The notes beneath the pieces were generated by a model. The model was not told where the DNA came from and searched no databases. It saw only the letters and a list, made by a program, of their open reading frames with translations. Both the position numbers and the translations under genes were made by a program. A DNA stretch of 64,000 bases from Macrostomum lignano (lineage: Eukaryota). Below, piece after piece: positions 63,193-64,000 of this stretch. Position 1 is the first letter of the stretch. Each line of letters opens with the position of its first letter. The stretch is taken from NCBI GenBank assembly GCA_002269645.1, contig NIVC01000793.1, positions 248,001 through 312,000 of the forward strand, given 5' to 3'.

Positions 63193-63994
63193 ATTGCATG
63201 TTTCAGTATGATTTCGCATATCCTAGCTCTGACGGTCAACTTTTAAACTCTTTAATAAGCCTTGAAAAGACCGATTGTTGTAGCTTTCCAGCCAAGAAGG
63301 AAGCCTTTTGTCTATACGAAGGCTTTGACTGTACAATACATTGTTACTTATGTTGCATATGATTGATCAGCTGGTTGCTCACCATACTACTCTGGGAATG
63401 GGAAAGGGTCTGGAAGAACACAAGCTTGTCTCGCGCTCAGTAACTAAGGCGTTTTTGTTTAGGCTGTATGCGCCCTGGCGGCATTACTGCCCATTCCGCC
63501 GACTCCCCTGAACAGGCACACACGTATGCAGTCATACGCATAGCCTCAGGAGTGTACAGCTGCTTCCTAACTTTATTTATCGGAAAATTTATTTGGCTGC
63601 ACTGGGAATCGAGCCTTGACCGCTGGCACATCAGAGCGCCGCGCCAGACTACTGGGCTACGGCCCCCTAATTAATAAATTACTATATTGTTATTTCTCAG
63701 GCCCGCAAGCTCAGCAGTGCCATGTCGGCCGCCAAAGCTATCTGCGACCACGCCCGCGACTGGCATTTCGGCACGCCGGCCGGCGACTTCGTTAGCATGG
63801 CCGTCATCTCCGACGGAAACGGCTACGGTGTGCAGAATAACCTGATGTACAGCTTCCCGCTGACTATTAGCAACGGCGAGTGGCGCATCGTTGAGGGCTT
63901 GAATCTCAACGACTGGGCTAAGGAGAAGCTGAAGGCTACGGAGGCTGAGCTGATCGAGGAGCGTGACACCGCGCTCAGCGTGTGTGAGGCTTGA
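56687..63994 (+). CDS. mdh1: Cytosolic malate dehydrogenase, 334 aa; exons 56687-56695 (MAQ, inferred), 61315-61680, 62321-62656, 63701-63994
   Basis: [92 protein letters not shown]; all introns phase 0, GT-AG. Confidence 0.93.
57303..58431 (-). mobile_element. Mutator (MULE) deletion derivative in mdh1 intron 1
   Basis: Ends GGGTGCCACCGAATTCATCAACA / TGTTGACGAATTCGGTGTAACCC, with reiterated TGTTGACGAATT; degenerate 8-bp flanks ATTGCAAT / GTTGCAAC; minus strand reads [12 protein letters not shown] (MULE RTNNxxEGWH motif). Confidence 0.75.
59290..59520 (+). mobile_element. Second MULE transposase relic; probable terminal repeats (GTCACCGAAATGTCC) at ~60290-60388
   Basis: [42 protein letters not shown] (MULE GCxFH motif). 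Confidence 0.75.
61946..62294. repeat. 20-bp tandem repeat (TTTAGCGCCACAGGCTAGAT) followed by a hAT-like terminus GGGCTACGCCAATG, in mdh1 intron 2
   Basis: Array at 61946-62225; terminus ends at 62294, 26 nt before exon 3. Confidence 0.8.
63138..63191. repeat. (GT)n microsatellite
   Basis: Direct inspection. Confidence 0.95.
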
Positions 63995-64000
63995 ACTATC

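Overview
Eukaryotic (animal) genomic DNA with spliceosomal introns. The GC-rich exons, frequent CAG tracts and repeat content suggest a free-living flatworm such as Macrostomum, but this is inference. Host genes reconstructed by hand: 5' exon of a neuropeptide-type GPCR (-), an 11-exon transglutaminase with an N-terminal Q13 tract (-), a 3-exon fatty-acid-binding protein (-), a KLF zinc-finger factor (-), intronless TRAPPC1 (+), a single-exon orphan class A GPCR (-), a multiply disabled aquaporin with a MITE inserted in an exon (+), and a 4-exon cytosolic malate dehydrogenase (+). Mobile DNA is dense: an intact-looking DD34D mariner with 198-bp perfect TIRs, hAT-type and Mutator-type MITEs, piggyBac and MULE fossils, a tRNA-derived SINE (2 copies), and five fragments of one RTE-like LINE, two of them nested inside inverted-repeat elements. 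There are many mini- and microsatellites, several apparently grown from TIR-element ends. The long repetitive ORFs in the track are artefacts of these arrays. No rRNA, true tRNA or CRISPR array was seen, and no unequivocal new multi-gene system. The best leads are the polyQ transglutaminase, the long-TIR mariner, the satellite-seeding and RT-carrying TIR elements, and the exon-disrupted aquaporin.
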